DNA of 64,000 nucleotides, from NCBI GenBank assembly GCA_051294375.1, contig CM119266.1:287132-351131 (forward strand). Reading direction: 5' to 3'. The translations under genes were made by a program, and so were the position numbers. The notes under the pieces are model-generated. The model was not told the DNA's origin, ran no database searches, and worked only from the letters and a program-made list of their open reading frames with translations. Position 1 is the stretch's first letter. Every line of letters starts with the position of its first letter. This DNA is from Paraspadella gotoi. Lineage: Eukaryota; Animalia; Chaetognatha. Of the stretch, positions 62,213-64,000 are shown piece after piece.

Positions 62213-64000
62213 TAAATTTCTCCTTCCTTTTTTTGAATTTATGAAAATAAAAAAAGTCACCCAACGGCAGAGTCGATGAGAAAGGTTTAGTTTTTCAAAA
62301 TGGGATTAGAACAGATTATGGTAATATAAGTAAACATATCCGTTTCTAAGATCGGCAAACATCTTAAATAGTAAGTGTATGTGGCGACAACCAATTAGAA
62401 TCTAACAGTGGACCGCGGCACCCTCAAATAAAGATAGAGCCGAAAAAAGGTTAATGACTTAATCTGAGTATTTTTTTTCAAATTTCGGTTGACTTATCTG
62501 AGTCAGTCAGTTGCCAACTTATTTTCACGCTGCAAAGCTACCATGGTCCGTCTCTTCGAAGGTCAACCATTGACCGAAAAAATGGAACTTGATTTTTGGC
62601 GCGATTTTTCTTGTCTGCTTTGAATAAGCTCGAGTGTGACTGATCAAAGATGAAGATAAGGTAAAGAACGAAAGTATGGCTTATTATATCAAAACATTAA
62701 GTTCCTTGACATAAATTGATAAAACCCAACGCAACGGTAACGCTTCCAGTTAAGTTTCAACTCGATATAGAAGATTTAGAGAAATGAAAGAAATAGAAAT
62801 TTAACTCGGTACTCGACAGACCAGAATTGTTTTTTTCTCAGTCAGAGAACTCATTAGGCTTTTCAGTTTTTCGTACTCCATCATCAGAGCCACAACAAGA
62901 AGCTTTTAGAAAAAGAATACTGCCTCATTACTGTTCCGCGCGAGAGAATTCTATGCAGTCAATCAGTCAATGAGAGTCAACCTCGGAAAATGGAACCGTG
63001 ACTTCGTCCGATACCCGTCGCGAAAAACAGCGGACCGTAACGAGATGGAAATAATGACCTTCCGTTAGTTGATCGGAGACGGAGTTCCCCCCTCGCCCTT
63101 TCCCCCCAGACCTTTACAACCAACTGAATTCACGTGCTCCCCCGTCTCAGTGGTAAATCTCTGATGGATTCCACGAGGCACGGAGTCAGTTGCAGGTAAT
63201 AAAATTGTTAATGACGATTCAATTCAAAAGGAGCGTATGAATTTACACGTTACTTAGATGTATAATAAGTCGTCTATAAAAAAGTTTGATATTTCTATTT
63301 TTAATTTCATGATATTTAAGTCATGAACTTACTATATATATTGGATTTATAATGGTTTGAAGGAAGATATTTTGAACTCGCAATCACCCAACTATTAAAT
63401 ATTGTCTTACCAAAAACTTTTATTAGGCAATTATTGAATTAATGATTAAATCATATTAAACAATTCTTAACACAGGAAGTCTAATTCATGATATTTAATA
63501 AAATTACCAACATCTTGGCGGTAAATAAAGTTAAAAACATTTAGAATGATATGGAAAGATAAAAGAAAAATAAAAGTTGTTTAACTCTTTTTAATATTTT
63601 ATCAGTATCAGGGTTTAGATACAGTAACAAACAAAACATCAATCCATAAAAGCAAATTTTAAGTATTAATTAAATATTTACTAAATTCAACAACTATCCC
63701 GTGTCCAAACGCGAATGTCACCAAAGAAATCTTAATCATACATGCATATTTAAATCCTTTAACATTAGTAATGTTATTTCGTTTCTAATATATTACCTAA
63801 CCTAAATTGATTGGTTCTCTTTTCCGAGACTTTTGGCGAGAGTGACTCAATTATGATCGTTTTCTTTCAAAATTTAATTTTAACTTTAATATTTAATCTA
63901 AAAATATTTTTAAACTAACCCTTATCCGTAACATAATCCTAAACCCGAACCATTAACTAAGTCACTTACCTTTATCACTAAGCCTAACTTTTAACCTAAT

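Noticed and set aside
61825-63200. 68-aa ORF at 61825 and a GC-richer patch at ~62930-63200 as exons
   Set aside because: No recognisable motifs and no consistent splice or phase chain.

Overview
Animal genomic DNA, most likely a protostome invertebrate (it carries a miR-2/miR-71 cluster). It is AT-rich and microsatellite-rich, with N-gaps and several stretches that look like uncorrected long-read gap fill. Spliced genes I could reconstruct by hand: a 6-exon engrailed-family homeobox gene (minus, 43-24980, with a 21.5-kb intron); the first four exons of an ABCB6/HMT-1-type ABC transporter (plus, 29484-41729); a 2-exon secreted 10-Cys prokineticin/astakine-like peptide; and a 7-exon cyclin B3. 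The most notable feature is a putative immune gene set nested antisense inside the ABCB6 introns. Intron 3 holds an intronless 1405-aa single-pass receptor: signal peptide, Toll-like LRR ectodomain, TM, pseudokinase, KEN ribonuclease of the IRE1/RNase L type with the catalytic motif apparently intact, and a ubiquitin-like tail. Intron 1 holds two tandem paralogs fusing an LRAT/NlpC-P60-like domain with a Cys-to-Gly substitution to an AIG1/GIMAP-like GTPase, with N-myristoylation and C-terminal CaaX signals. All family assignments come from motif recognition by eye; no searches were run.
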